From the NCBI GenBank assembly GCA_017620815.1, contig JAGAUI010000037.1, positions 3,047 to 67,046 of the forward strand: DNA of 64,000 nt. The letters are read 5' to 3'. How positions within the stretch are numbered: the first letter of the stretch is position 1; each line of letters begins with the position of its first letter. The position numbers were made by a program, and so were the translations under genes. The notes beneath the pieces are model-generated. The model made no database searches and had not been told where the DNA came from. It saw nothing but the letters and a program-made list of their open reading frames with translations. This document shows positions 63,933-64,000 of this stretch, one piece after another. This DNA comes from Flavobacteriales bacterium (GTDB lineage: Bacteria > Bacteroidota > Bacteroidia > Flavobacteriales > UBA1820).

Positions 63933-64000
63933 ATGTTTGGACTGATGGAAGATCTGTATAATTATGATACTATTTTATCAAATGCCGTTCTCAATGAAGC
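63933..64000 (+). CDS. Partial ORF at the window edge (a new gene or a frameshifted continuation of 62317-63924)
   Basis: The ORF MFGLMEDLYNYDTILSNAVLNE... is open to the window end. The same frame is open from 63903 (..KVEICMFG..) and overlaps the stop of the preceding gene. Confidence 0.35.
   Translation, partial: MFGLMEDLYNYDTILSNAVLNE

Overview
This 64 kb window looks like a chromosomal segment of a Bacteroidota genome, most likely order Bacteroidales. The evidence for that is repeated TAnnTTTG -7 promoter boxes 18-45 nt upstream of start codons, a DUF4492-cydAB arrangement, rhaB-rhaA-rhaT-rhaD gene order, SPOR and MlaD envelope genes, and a Bacteroidetes-type LptD. No rRNA, tRNA, CRISPR array, transposase or integrase was recognised. 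Most of the window is core metabolism and envelope biology. This includes an arginine biosynthesis cluster (argC, argG, GNAT), fabD, nadD-gmk-yicC, an ABC-F ATPase and a long envelope operon (amidase-SPOR, MlaD, two Fe-S proteins, SPOR protein, serine hydrolase, FtsE-like ATPase). It also includes an LptD-like protein, RidA, cytochrome bd, a rhamnose utilisation operon with two GH78-like genes, and a galactoside operon (GH2, galK, galM, lacZ-like GH2, GH3). Four accessory regions stand out. (1) 56.7-64.0 kb holds a tightly packed same-strand island that runs off the window edge. It encodes two N-terminal TIR proteins whose odd number of TM helices should place C-terminal WG-repeat arrays outside the cytoplasm. 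These flank an M48 metallopeptidase with a zinc ribbon, a 90-aa protein and a TM/zinc-ribbon protein, and are followed by a membrane protein with tandem KTN/RCK-like Rossmann domains, one carrying GxGxxG. I consider this the best candidate for an undescribed envelope-sensing, Thoeris-like NAD-linked system. (2) 29.98-34.3 kb holds an orphan 1115-aa phage tail-tip/fibre-like gene with its own promoter, plus an adjacent secreted protein. (3) 14.8-16.0 kb holds an orphan three-gene phage-type lysis-like cassette. (4) 3.6-8.8 kb holds a five-gene membrane-anchored Hdr/Qmo-like Fe-S/flavin cluster, whose fused membrane subunit has a split paralogue inside the envelope operon. All family assignments come from motif recognition by eye; no database search could be run.
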